A stretch of DNA of 64,000 nt from Eledone cirrhosa (lineage: Eukaryota). Below, piece by piece: positions 52,975-64,000 of this stretch. Location of the stretch: positions 73,966,001-74,030,000 of the forward strand of contig OZ024741.1 in the NCBI GenBank assembly GCA_964016885.1, given 5' to 3'. Every line of letters starts with the position of its first letter. The first letter of the stretch is position 1. Both the position numbers and the translations under genes were made by a program. Under the pieces are notes generated by a model. It did not search any database. It saw only the letters and a program-made list of their open reading frames with translations, and was not told where the DNA came from.

Positions 52975-53871
52975 TACGATCTATACGTGGATATTTTACG
53001 TCCTGATGTGGGAGCTAAGTATATGTTTTGTTTATTCCTTTACTTATTTGCATAGGTAAGTATATATTACCCGTATGTTTTGTGAAGGTATGTATACCTT
53101 CTCGTACGTATATTTGACTGTTATAGCGTATAATTTTTACATATTCTGGTATTTAAGGTTTGGCTATGTGTATACGGGAGTTTTGCGTCCGCGTGAGTGT
53201 GCAGGTTCGTACGTATGGTGGGTGTTTGTATATGTGTACTTCTTGTTTTAGTCGACTTACGTCTCCGAACATTCGTGTATTTATATGTAGGTATGCGTGT
53301 GCGCTTGTTATATACGTATTTATTTACTTATATACGTTTATATAATTATTTATTTATTTGTACACAAGCATACACACACACACACATATTTATATGTGCG
53401 TGGTTTTGTATACCCATGGAAAGGTTTTGCGTATGCTTGTGTATGTACGTATCTGTTTGCGTGTATGTATTTATTTGTTTCTATTACTTCTGTATTGTAT
53501 TTATTTACTTTGTTCTAAACTCTGGTCTCCTAGTTAGAATTTTAGTCTACGATTTCTGCTATACCATTTACGTGGTTTTGTCTTTGCGTGCTATTGTTCT
53601 CCATGCTCCACATATGACTTATTATCTTCGTTTTTTCGTTCATTGCCAGAGAACGTCTCTATGCACCACCTAAGAGAACATTAGTCTACGACCTCTTTTA
53701 TACCATAAACGTGGTTTTGTCTTTGCGCGTAATTGTTTTTCACCGCTCCTATTAATGACGTATTATTCGTTTTTTCCCGTTCTTTGCCAGCGAACGTTAC
53801 CACGAACCAAAGTATCGTCTTCCTGTCTTCCTCCGGTTGCAACGTTTTTTGAAATATCCAGTTCTGCGTTT

Positions 53872-53938
53872 ACAGATTGACTTCAGAAGATCCCGTTAAG
53901 GGTGAAAGCAGCGATTCTTTGCTTAAACTTTAATCTGT
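53872..53938 (+). ncRNA. Second copy of the CAGAAGA hammerhead, with a ~9-nt deletion in stem I
   Basis: Aligns to the reverse complement of 50943-51018. Confidence 0.55.
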
Positions 53939-54113
53939 TATTTTAATAAATATTTGCTCTACGGTTTTTGTATATTTGATATATATATTTTCCTTATCGA
54001 GCCCTCTTTGGATTTTAGTCTTCAATTTTATTATTATTACTATATATATATCTATATATATCTATATATATCTATATATATCTATATATATATATATATA
54101 TATCTATATATAT

Positions 54114-55682
54114 ATCATCATCATCATCATCATCATCAACGTTTAACGTCCGTGTTCCACGCTTGCATGGGTTTGGATGGGGGTATTCCCACTTGAGGCA
54201 AGAGTGATTGTCTTGCTCGCATAGGACTGTCTGGCAGGTTTTCTACAGTTGGATGCCCTTCCTAACACCAACCACATTTACAGTGTGGGTCTGGGAGGTT
54301 TTTACCGTGTTGCCTACACGGCCACATTACAGCGTGGACTGTGTGTTTTTTTGTCGTGACACCTACACGATCTCATTTGTTTCGGCCTGGATGGCGCGGC
54401 ACCAACATAACTTTACATAGAACGGGGTGGTGTGGATGGGGTGGTGGGACGGGGTGTATTTTGTTAGAGATGCCTACTGGCTGTAGTAGGTTTTACTATG
54501 TATTTAGGTAAGGCGGGTCTTCTCTGTTACTGAGTACCGCCAAAGGTCTCGGTCCAATGACATTGTCTTGGAGAGGTGTAAGTGTGTGAGGTCGGAGTTT
54601 ATCAGCTCGTCCCAGGTTTTTCTAGGTCTGCCTATTCCGTGGCTACCGTCTATCTTTATTGCCCTGCACTTTGTTATACAGCTATCGACTTTCATGCGCA
54701 TCACGTGTCCATACCAACGTAGCCTTCTCTCGAGTAAACAACATCTGATCCCTCTTATTTCTAATTTTTTCCTTAGTTCGTTTATGCTTTGCCGTTCACG
54801 TATATTACTGTTACATATCCAGCGGAGCATGCAAGCTTCGTTCCTCTCTAGTCTGCGTATATCCTCTGCACACAATGCCCAGGTCTCACTGCCATGCAGC
54901 ATTGCTGTTCGTATGCAGGCATCGTATAACCTGCCTTTCATTTTTAGGGAGAACCCTCTAGCGGCTAATAGTGGTATAAGCTCTCTGAACTTTTTCCATC
55001 CAGTTCTGACTCTAGCTACTGTACTTTCAGAGCACCCTCCCCCACTGCTGATTTTGTCACCCAGGTAACGGAAGCTGTCCACTATTTCTATAGAACCCTC
55101 TGCGCAATTGAAAGAGCTAGTATTTTTGGGGCACTTGCTGCTACTTATTGCACCAGAGCACCGGCCACATGTAAAATCTATGTTCTTAGTTAGCTTACCT
55201 GTGATACCACTACATCTTTTATGCACCCATACTTTGCATTTAGGACATAAAATGGAGTTTCTACCTACGCCTTTCCTACACACTGAGCATGGCCATTTCC
55301 CAGAAGGGACCGCCGCCTTGTTTTCTTTCCTACAAACTAGAACTTTCGTCTTAGCCAGGTTAATTTTAAGTCCTTTTGATTCTAGGCCGTGCTTCCATGT
55401 TTGGAATTTCTTCTCTAGCTCGGCCATTGATTCCGCTATGAGTGTCAGGTCGTCTGCGTATAGAAGTTCCCATGGGCAGCCGGTCTTGAACTCCTCTGTT
55501 ATAGCCTGAAGGGCAATAATAAATAGTAGGGGGCTGAGAACAGAGCCCTGATGGACGCCAACTTTTACGCCAAACTCTTCACTATATTCGTTGTTAATTC
55601 TAACCTTGCTGACTGTTTCTTTATACATGGCTTGTATAGCTCTCACAAGCCATTCGTCAACCCCTAGTTTTCTAAGAGCCCA
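54114..55682 (-). mobile_element. Young RTE LINE (PHD family), 5'-truncated
   Basis: ORF 55646-54504; (GAT)n tail. Confidence 0.93.
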
Positions 55683-55699
55683 TCTATATATATATATAT

Positions 55700-58600
55700 A
55701 TATCTAGATAGATAGATAGATATGTTTCTTTTATTTGCCACCAGGGCATCAAAAGTGGGACAAGTACAATGGGGGGAGTTTACAAAACAAGGCGTCCTCA
55801 ATAAGGAGGAGGCAATAACAATATATAAAAATAAAATAAAATATAACAAAAAATAAAATTTATAACAAAGACCTCAATAGAGAGGAGGCGCCTTGGGGGG
55901 TCGCACACACCCCCGAAAAAAGTGTGCAACCCTTCTCCTCAGGAGCACAGAGAAGGGGTGCTCCCTTGGTCTTTCATATTCCTCAACTATAGTCTGATGT
56001 AGAGTGAAGGCCCATTCACACGGGCCATTCTCGCCACTTTCACCCATCTTTCATAGAAACGGCTGGGGTGCAGCACCTCTCTCCATCCTGATCCTTCTTC
56101 CGAAATGATATCGGAAGAAACGGACCAGCTGTTGACCAGAGAGAAAGGTGTCTGACCTCAGTCCTTTCAGACGCGTCCACCATACAACCTTTTTCGCCAT
56201 GGCTATTACGCACAGAAACACCGCCTCTCCTTCGTTTTTGAAGAGGGGAGGCGGCTTGATCGTTACAATAGACTCGGTGGTCAACCGGATCGGTCCCACC
56301 CTTGACAGCAGTTGTTCGACATATCCCCACAGATTGGCAATGCCCGAGCAGTGTACCAATGCGTGTGCAACGGTTTCCTCGTCGCACACGCATCTGGGAC
56401 AGATCTTTTTCGATGGGTCCCTACCCGGGCGCCCGTGTGTGTAGAGCCTTTCTCGAACGGGCAGAGCCCTTCTGTAGCATTGCCAGGCCAGGGACCTCTG
56501 GAAGTTATCCAGGAGTCCCGGGCTGAATGTCCTACCGAACAGGTTGGCCAGTTCGTCTTCCTCCATGCCTAGGGCTTCTCCGAGGGCGTCGTCGCACCTG
56601 CTAACCACCAGCCCTCTATAGAATGACGAGGTGGATTCTCCACTGACAGCCGGGTCTGCCTGCCAGAGAGCCGTGAGCGCCTGGGCACACTCGGTGTGCC
56701 AGGCGCCCAGTTTTCTCGGTCTTTGCTTGACCCAGGATTGCAGCTCGGTGAGTGAGACGAGTCTGGGAAAGGCTCGCCTCACAAACGGGGCCCACACCGG
56801 TTGACCGGAGAGGAATACCTGAAGGTGCCGTAGCCTTAATGCGTGTTTACGTATCATTAGCCATGGCATCCCCAGCACTCCTTTCGAAGGGTGTTGGCAG
56901 CAGATGGATCTCCTCACCATAGGAGCCCGCTTCTTCCAAAGGAATTGGAAGAGTGCGCGCTCTATTTTGGCGAGCGTTTCCCTTGGGCAAGGCACAACGG
57001 TCAGGTGGTAGTAGATGACGGACGCTATATAAGTGTTCGCCACCTCCGCTCGACCTTTCAGGGACAGTTTGCACTCGGCCCACTTCTGGGTCAGTGCAAA
57101 CACCCTGTTCGTTACCTCACTCCAGTTCTTCTCCACCTGGAGGTCTGGTCCGAACCAGACCCCGAGCAACTTCACCGGGCCCTCTGTCCAGCGCCCGACG
57201 ACGCCATCGGAGGGCATCGATCTGCCCCTCCACGTGCCGAGTTGCAGACCGATCGACTTGTCCCGGTTCAGCTTAGCCCCTGTAAACCTTTCGTACTCCT
57301 CCAGTAAGGTGCCGATCGCCCCAATATCCGTGGCCGTCGACACCATTACTGTTACGTCATCGGCGTAGGCTGACACCGCTTTCCGCAATCCCGGTTCCAA
57401 CGGGATGCCCTGCAACAACTCCAACTTCCGCAGCAGTGGCTCTAGAGTCATTACATACAGAAGGGAGGAGAGAGGACACCCCTGTCGGATGGACCGCGCA
57501 ATTTCGAACGGCTCCGAGAGGTAGCCGTTCACCTTGACCCTAGAGCAGATGCGACTGCTGTGCATGGCATTGATCCAGCCCCTGAAAACGGGTCCGAAGC
57601 CTGCCGCTGCTAGCACCGCATCCAGGTAACCATGGTCGACCCTATCGAATGCCTTAGATTGATCCAAGTTGATCAGGGCCCCACGAAAGCCGGGTTCATT
57701 CCCAACCCTCTCTATGATGTATCGCATGAGGTGGAGGTTGTCGTGGATGGACCTGGACGGGATAGCACATGTCTGCGCATCTCCCACCAGGTTGCCCACG
57801 ACAAGCGCCAACCTCTTTGCTAGCACCTTGGCCAAAATCTGTAACTCTGTATTTAGCAGAGTTATGGGCCTGAAATTATTTATATCGTCCCCCTTGTTCT
57901 CGTCCTTCCTCACTAGCGTGACTACGCCCTTGGTCACAGCACAGGGAATTCTCCCGTTCTGTTGCCAGTTGCAGTAGACCGCCTCGAGGAGATCGGGGAA
58001 CAAGTCCGGCATAGCTAGATATAGTTCGTATGGAAGACCAACGAGACCCGGGGATTTGCGTTTGCCGCATTGGCTCAGCACGTCCTCTATCTCAGCGGCT
58101 GAAATCGGCCCCTCGCAGGAATTCGCCTCCCTGTCCGAGAGATGCGGCAGGCCGTCGAGGCATGGACCGAAGTCCACATCCCCACCGGCCCCCCGCCCCT
58201 TCCGAACAATCCGGCAAAGTGCTTTTGAAAAGCCTCGCACATCTGCTTAGGTTCAAGGACCACCCGTCCACCCTGGTCTCGCAAAGACCGGATAGTGGAT
58301 CTGCTCCCTCTTTTGGCTTCTGTCACGCGGGCCCAGCTAACAGCTTTGGACCCCTCGTTTCCCAGAGCACGTATTTTGCTTCGGACGATGCAGCCTTCGT
58401 GTTTCGCGTCGAAGAACTGGCCTAGGGCCGTTCTCGACGCTAGCACTCTGGCCACGTCGCCGCTTCTAATTGCCTCTTCTACACTATCTACCAACTCCCT
58501 TTCCTTCCTATTTCTATTTGAGGCTAACTCCTTACTAAATTCTATAGAGACTACTCTAATCTCTCTTTTGAGAGATCCCCACCACCTGCTGTTGACGATG

Positions 58601-60458
58601 GCGCCCGTCAACCGCTCCTTAACTAAAGTGCTAATCCGGTCCCTGTAAGCCTTACTTGCCGGTAAGGACAAGTTTAGCTTTTCAGTAACCGGGTCCCTGT
58701 CTATGAGTTCTGTCAAGGTTGATCATGCAAGTCACTAACTTGTGGTCTGAATAGCCAACCATGCACATTTTTGGACAACTTAAAAAGTCCTTATCCTTAA
58801 TTCTAACTAAGAACCTATCTAGGTACGACCTAGATGATCCGCTACGATTTGCCCAAGTCCAGGTTGGCGCAGTCGGAAAATCTAGTCGATATCTATCGGC
58901 CAGGTCAAATCGACCGATTAACCCTTTGAGGCTATTACACCCCTCTCTATCGGAACAGGCCCCTACGTAGTCACAGCGTGCATCTAGGATACCATTCCAG
59001 TCCCCCACTAATAGCAAGGAGCGGGACGTCCCTAGAAAAGTCTCCAGACGATGGAAGAAGTCCGGCCGCATTGACCCGAAAGGGCCGTAGGCGGCTACCA
59101 ACCTAAATGCTCCGCCTTTACCACTGCCAAGGTCCAGAACCACTAGTCGACCCTCCGGGTCCAAATGTACCACCTGTGTTGCGAGACCCAGATGTTTTTG
59201 CAGCAGAACGACAACTCCACCCCCACCTCCGGGCTGACAGAGAGATGCGTGCATCTCAAAGGCGGGGGCCAGCTGTCGCACGTTGCTGATCCGGGCCTCG
59301 CAAATAACCATCACATCTATACGTTGTGACCTGAGGTCATTTAGAAGCATTGCTTGCTTCCAAATTGAGCCCAGGCCACGCGCATTTAAACAGCCTACTC
59401 TTAGCATAGCCATGTTGGTGGTGAAGAGAAAAGGCACTTACCTCTCTGCGTCCCGGGTATCGGGCTGCACAATTTCCATTAGGGTGGAGGATGGGTTGTT
59501 GGGTGGGGTGGTGGTTTGTGGAAGTGTAGGGGCATCAGTCCCTCCCCACGTCCTCTTTAAAGTTGTCTTTTAGAGTTTTATAAGTGTCCTTTGGGGCCTT
59601 AATCATTTTGAAGTGGGGGAAATCCCCTTCCTGGGTGAAGTTAGGCCCTTGGGTTTTTATTAAATTGTTGTTGTACACAATGTTTAACAGTTTTTTGTTT
59701 CTTGTGTTTATGTATGTGGATGCATGTTTTTGTTTTTGTGTGGTGTTTTTTTGTTTGCTGTTGTTGTGAGCTCTTTTGTGTTGGTGTCAGTTTTATGTTT
59801 TGGGGAGGGGTTATTTTCATTTGTGTGTCTGAGGTGTGTTTTCTTTTTTTTCTTTTGATTGTGTGGAAGTGCTCCTCCTTGTCTGAGGACGAACGAGGGT
59901 CATCTTCCGCGTTGGAGGGGAGGGGTATATTTTCGGGTTGTGTTTGCGGTGGGGGTGTTTTGGAAATTGTTTTTTTTTAGTGGGGGGGGGGGGTTGGACA
60001 TTGTTTTGTTTTGGTTTGAGCTGTGGTTGTTGTTTTTGTAGTGGTGGTTGTGGTGGTTGTGTTGGTTGTGCAGTTGGTGGTGTAGGCAGGATTGGGGTTT
60101 TCTTATTAAGTTGGGGACAGACAGCCCTCAGGTGACCTCTGGTTCCACAGAGGTAACACGAGGGCCGCTTACCCTCAACGGTAATGTTGATGAAAGTTTG
60201 ATCATCCAGTATGACGCGTTCTGGGATCTGGGCGATCCTTTCGGGCCTCATTTGAACTACAAGTTCGAGGCTCGTTCCACTGAACGCGTCACCCGATGCC
60301 TTTCCCATGGACACCAGCATGTCATCATCCAGCTTCAGGAAACCTGTCAAAACCCACCATATGTCCATAATCGGCAGGATGGTGTGGATTTTTATTTTTT
60401 GTGTCCTTCTACCCATGTACGTAGGGTAGAAGGTGTATGCGGTGGATGTAATTGGTTT
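55700..60458 (-). mobile_element. Tx1 LINE (copy 3), truncated within ORF1
   Basis: ORF1 piece 60416-59817; ORF2 pieces 59437-58682, 58716-58087 and 58240-56051; 3'UTR almost identical to copy 1. Confidence 0.92.
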
Positions 60459-60533
60459 TGCTCGTCATTTCTGACGGGTTCTCGCTACAATGACCTTCGG
60501 TTGGTTATTCGACTTCTCATCTGAGAGGGGAGT

Positions 60534-61076
60534 CTTGTAGCGCTCTCTAGACAAAGTGAAGTGGCTAGAGTTACTTCCCGTAGAATTTCTAGAACATTCC
60601 TTGAACTTCCGTTCCAGGTATTATAAAAGAAAGAGAAAAGGGCAATCTCGCTTTTTGGCAGCAGGCTCTCGAACTGACCACACGAGCACAAATATTTTAA
60701 GCCTTTTCCAATCCTATCTTACATTTCAGGATTACACTTCTATCATGTCACAAGGTACGTTTTGTTACCAAATTGTAATACACGCACTACAATAAATACC
60801 AATTGTTATTGATACTCGTTTTGAGATATTCGTCATGCTTCAATTATTACTTCGAATGTAGAGAGATAATTCTAACCAAGGAAAATTACATAAAAGTTCT
60901 TCTATACCTTCTTTCAAATTAAATTAGTGGTTGGCATGCAGTGGTATTTACTGGAGTAAATAACCCTATGACCAACCCACTAAATATAATACCTGGAACG
61001 GAAGTTCAAGGAATGTTCTAGAAATTCTACGGGAAGTAACTCTAGCTACTTCCCTTTATGTAGAGAGCGCTACAAG
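60534..61076. repeat. ~92-bp inverted repeats (60534-60625 / 60985-61076) enclosing ~360 bp; MITE-like
   Basis: cttgtagcgctctcta..gttccaggtattata versus tataatacctggaac..tagagagcgctacaag. Confidence 0.75.
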
Positions 61077-61745
61077 TTAGCTATGTTCAACTGTATGAAT
61101 TTCACTTGATGTTTGTTACCTAATAGCGAGAACCAGTCTATCACTTCTTTGGTGGAGGTCCATATGCTAAGTTTAGTTCTAATCCTTAGTTCCGGTAATA
61201 TCCTATCTATTATATTTTTACTGACTCTACCTATATCCGACTTGGAGGGTGCTATTAACCTAACCGGGAGATTAGTCCTAAAGTCTGGTTTGTGGTCCTT
61301 AATAGATAGCCCAGTTACATAAGGCTCAGTCCTATCGTCTTTCTAGTTCCGTTATTATTTTTTTGGTTGCTGCATTGATGCTATTAAGATTCTCTGGTCT
61401 CGTGGTCCTATAATTTTTCTTAATCTCTTTACTAATGCAGTCATTGTTTTGTGGTCAAGCCTGTATGTTACCCATTTTATCCGATTGCACAATTAAATCC
61501 GCGCACTGTTCCATGCGCTTTATCTGGGAGCTGAATTCCATGAGGTAGGTGTTGTTACGTGTAGAAATCCTTTGGAATTTAACGTTCCAGACCATATTAA
61601 TGATTTGGTTTTCAAATTCTTCCAGTAATCCGTTGTGTGGTGGATGTCTCCTAGATTTAAAAATACGTGTAAGGCGGGCACCAGAGTTATCCTGTGTATG
61701 TTGAGATGTCTCTTTTCAGAGTATAATATCATAAAGAACGAGGAA
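61077..61745 (-). mobile_element. Decayed Naiad-type PLE RT fragment
   Basis: Minus-strand IKDHKPDFRTNLPVRLIAPSKSDIGRVSKNIIDRILP..VIDWF..FIQLNI. Confidence 0.75.
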
Positions 61746-61773
61746 TCAGTGTTGCATCAAATGACAATTTATT

Positions 61774-61867
61774 AACATATTACACATGTTTCTCCGCCAA
61801 TCAGCCCAAGGCAAAATCTGTTACAGATCGAACCCGACTCTGCATTCGAAGGGTCTTCAGATATGTT
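61774..61867 (-). ncRNA. Type I hammerhead ribozyme with extended stem II
   Basis: aacatat-CTGAAGA-..~60 nt..-GAAAC-atgt-GTA-atatgtt-aataaa; a partial inverted copy lies at ~62105-62197. Confidence 0.75.
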
Positions 61868-62197
61868 TTGTGCGTTCAAACATCTCAGCTGTTCTTTATC
61901 TGTAGTAGATATTAGCATTTGTTTTGGCCTTTTCATTGGTTCATTAATCCCATCATCACCATCTTTCTTTCCACTTTCGTTCATCCATTGGCTGGTCAAA
62001 AGGCCGTATTCATTCATGCGTCGCCTGTCGGCACCCAAAGTTGTTCACCAGTTACTACTACTTTACCATTCTCGCACCACCGATTACCCACAGATACATA
62101 TACACGCCTTTTGAATACAGTCGGGTTCGATCTGTGACAGATCTTGTCTCAAGCTGATCGAAGAAGAAACGTATGTAATATGTTAATAAATTGTGAT

Positions 62198-62710
62198 CTG
62201 CGGATAGCTGTATTTATGCTTTCGCTGAAATGTGGTAATTTCATAAAGCAGGTGTTAGGGGAGGTCTTATGCCTGTGGCGTCTTCGATTTTTAAGTCGAT
62301 TTACTGTGGATGTTGGGTATCTGTTCGTCTTCAGTACATCTATGGAGTCAGCAGTGTGAGTGATATGGTCCTCTGTCTTGTTACATATATTCATCTGTAA
62401 TTCTAAGCTGGAAGGCCAGTAGAGACAAGGAACCATTGATATAATCTGTAGATTAATACTGTGGGTTTTAATGAGGTGGTACAACGTTGCTCGTCTGCTG
62501 TTTCTGTGTAGTGGTGGTGTTAATCCAGTTTTGCTTCCGGATCACTTTCTTGATCTTTTTCCTGTTATCCTTGTGAACGTTTAGGCGGGAGAAATTCCAG
62601 AAATGGAATAAAAAAGAAATGGAAAAATGGATAAAAGAATGCAGAAAATTATATGTATTTCCACATCTGCTATACAGCTTGTTAGGTGCATTTCGGTTAG
62701 TGTCATGCAT
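62198..62710 (-). mobile_element. Decayed PLE fragment (post-RT linker region)
   Basis: VLKTNRYPTSTVNRLK..FMKLPHFSESINTAIRR resembles the PLE N-G-Y-P..LPY linker; adjacent to hammerhead-bearing repeats. Confidence 0.5.
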
Positions 62711-63231
62711 ATTGCTTAATTGCTTATGACTAAGTCTCTATATACACGTGTGTGTGTGTAGATATTTTCTCTGTCAAACATGTTGTGAACAGGTGAGATT
62801 GAACCTGAACTGACACTTTCAGTCTCAACATCATTTTGTACAAATTCTTCATCACATGCTTCAATATATCTCACTGTAATTTATTATTCACCTTGCATTG
62901 ATGAACTTTAGCTTGAAGCACTTTTAATTCTGTTTCTTTATTAGCACACAATTGTCCACTGGTCCCTTTCTGCTTGGATGGATTCTTTTGGCTGGGGTTC
63001 CTCATTTCACCTTTTCTGCATACCTGTTGTTCGCCTGGCCTGCCTTCTTTGACTGGGGCGGCAGGCATCTCATTTGTGGTTCTCTGATCCTTGTGTGTCT
63101 CGGTAGACTCTTTGTGGTCAGTGTTTATATTTTCTTTTTCTGTCTTCTTCCTTCTTGGGGACACAGCTTAGCAAACCATGTGTGGTGCTATGAGGGCATA
63201 GTCCCTCTTAATTTCTCTCTCGTGTGCGCGC

Positions 63232-63290
<59 letters not shown>

Positions 63291-63360
63291 TGTGAGTCTA
63301 GTTGCCGAAACGGCCGGAGTTCCAAATCTTTTCGTGTGTGTTGTAAATATATATATATAT

Positions 63361-64000
63361 CATCATCATCACTGTTTTAACATCCGTTCTTCCACGCTAC
63401 CATGTGTTAGACGGGTTGTCCTGTTGTGGGCAGTGTCTGGTCGGCTGACCATGCCTTGCTCATACAGGAACTGATTTGGCTTGATTTCTACAGCTGGATG
63501 CCCTTCCTAACACCAACCTCATTTACAGTGAGTGCTGGGTGCTTTTTTCCATGGCGCCTACATGTCCACTTTACAGTGTGGGCTGGGTGCATTTTTGCCA
63601 TGGCACCTCCACGACCACTTTGCAGTGGGAGGGTGTGGAGGCATATTGTCTATATGCTTCAGCTTCGGCTTATACCCATGGAGGGTCGGGTCTTCTGTAT
63701 TACTGCGTGACGCCAGAGGTCACGGTCATGTGTCATCGCCTTTGGGAGGTGTAATTGGGTAAGGTCAGCTTTTATCACCTCATCCCAGGTCTTCTTGGGT
63801 CTCCCCACTCTGCGGTTTCCATCGACTTCTAGTGCTCTGCATCTTTTTATGCAGCTGTCATCCTTCATACGCATCATATGTCCATACCAACACAACCGCC
63901 TCTCCTGCACACAGCATTTGATTCCTCTCTATTCATTTATGCTTTGCCGTTCGTGTATATTAATTACTATTACACATCCATTGGAGCATGCAGGCTTCGT
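63361..64000 (-). mobile_element. 3' end of an older RTE (PHD-family relative) copy, runs off the window
   Basis: (GAT)n tail at 63361; ORF 63910-63659 RRLCWYGHMMRMKDDSCIKRC..GRPKKTW. Confidence 0.88.

Larger units (their letters stand above)
50934..54040 (+). mobile_element. Naiad-type Penelope-like element with inverted 5' pseudo-LTR
   Basis: 50934-51156 is the reverse complement of ~53733-53948; RT + GIY-YIG ORF; TA tracts on both sides. Confidence 0.9.

Noticed and set aside
60473-61118. 15-bp inverted match (gacgggttctcgcta / tagcgagaaccagtc) outside the 92-bp inverted repeats
   Set aside because: The intervening ~46 bp do not match, and the right copy is PLE coding sequence; probably chance
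63295-63345. GAAAC-GGCC-GGA after a (TG)n tract as a hammerhead half
   Set aside because: No CTGANGA box and no NUH site; too little evidence

Overview
Gene-free, repeat-dense animal genomic DNA. An octopod cephalopod is my best guess, based only on a SINE relic at ~235-430 and the mix of elements. No host gene, rRNA or tRNA is supported. 1-20.7 kb and 60.5-64 kb hold old decayed elements: several RTE LINEs, an R2-like LINE, a Helitron, Penelope-like elements (PLEs) and a hAT transposase. 20.75-60.45 kb is an almost continuous nest of about 13 young retroelement insertions (Tx1/L1, two RTE families, Naiad-type PLEs, non-coding hammerhead elements), nearly all separated only by (TA)n/(TATC)n tracts. 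Less obvious features: (1) about 9 hammerhead-ribozyme motifs, including a tandem 471-nt retrozyme-like dimer, two with very large stem-II insertions and a U4A core variant. (2) An RTE family with a C4HC3 PHD-type finger inside its RT domain. (3) An 18-bp minisatellite (~91 copies) that arose from six codons of a dead RTE ORF. (4) A palindrome with ~1.7-kb arms formed by tail-to-tail LINEs. All calls were made by eye and boundaries are approximate.
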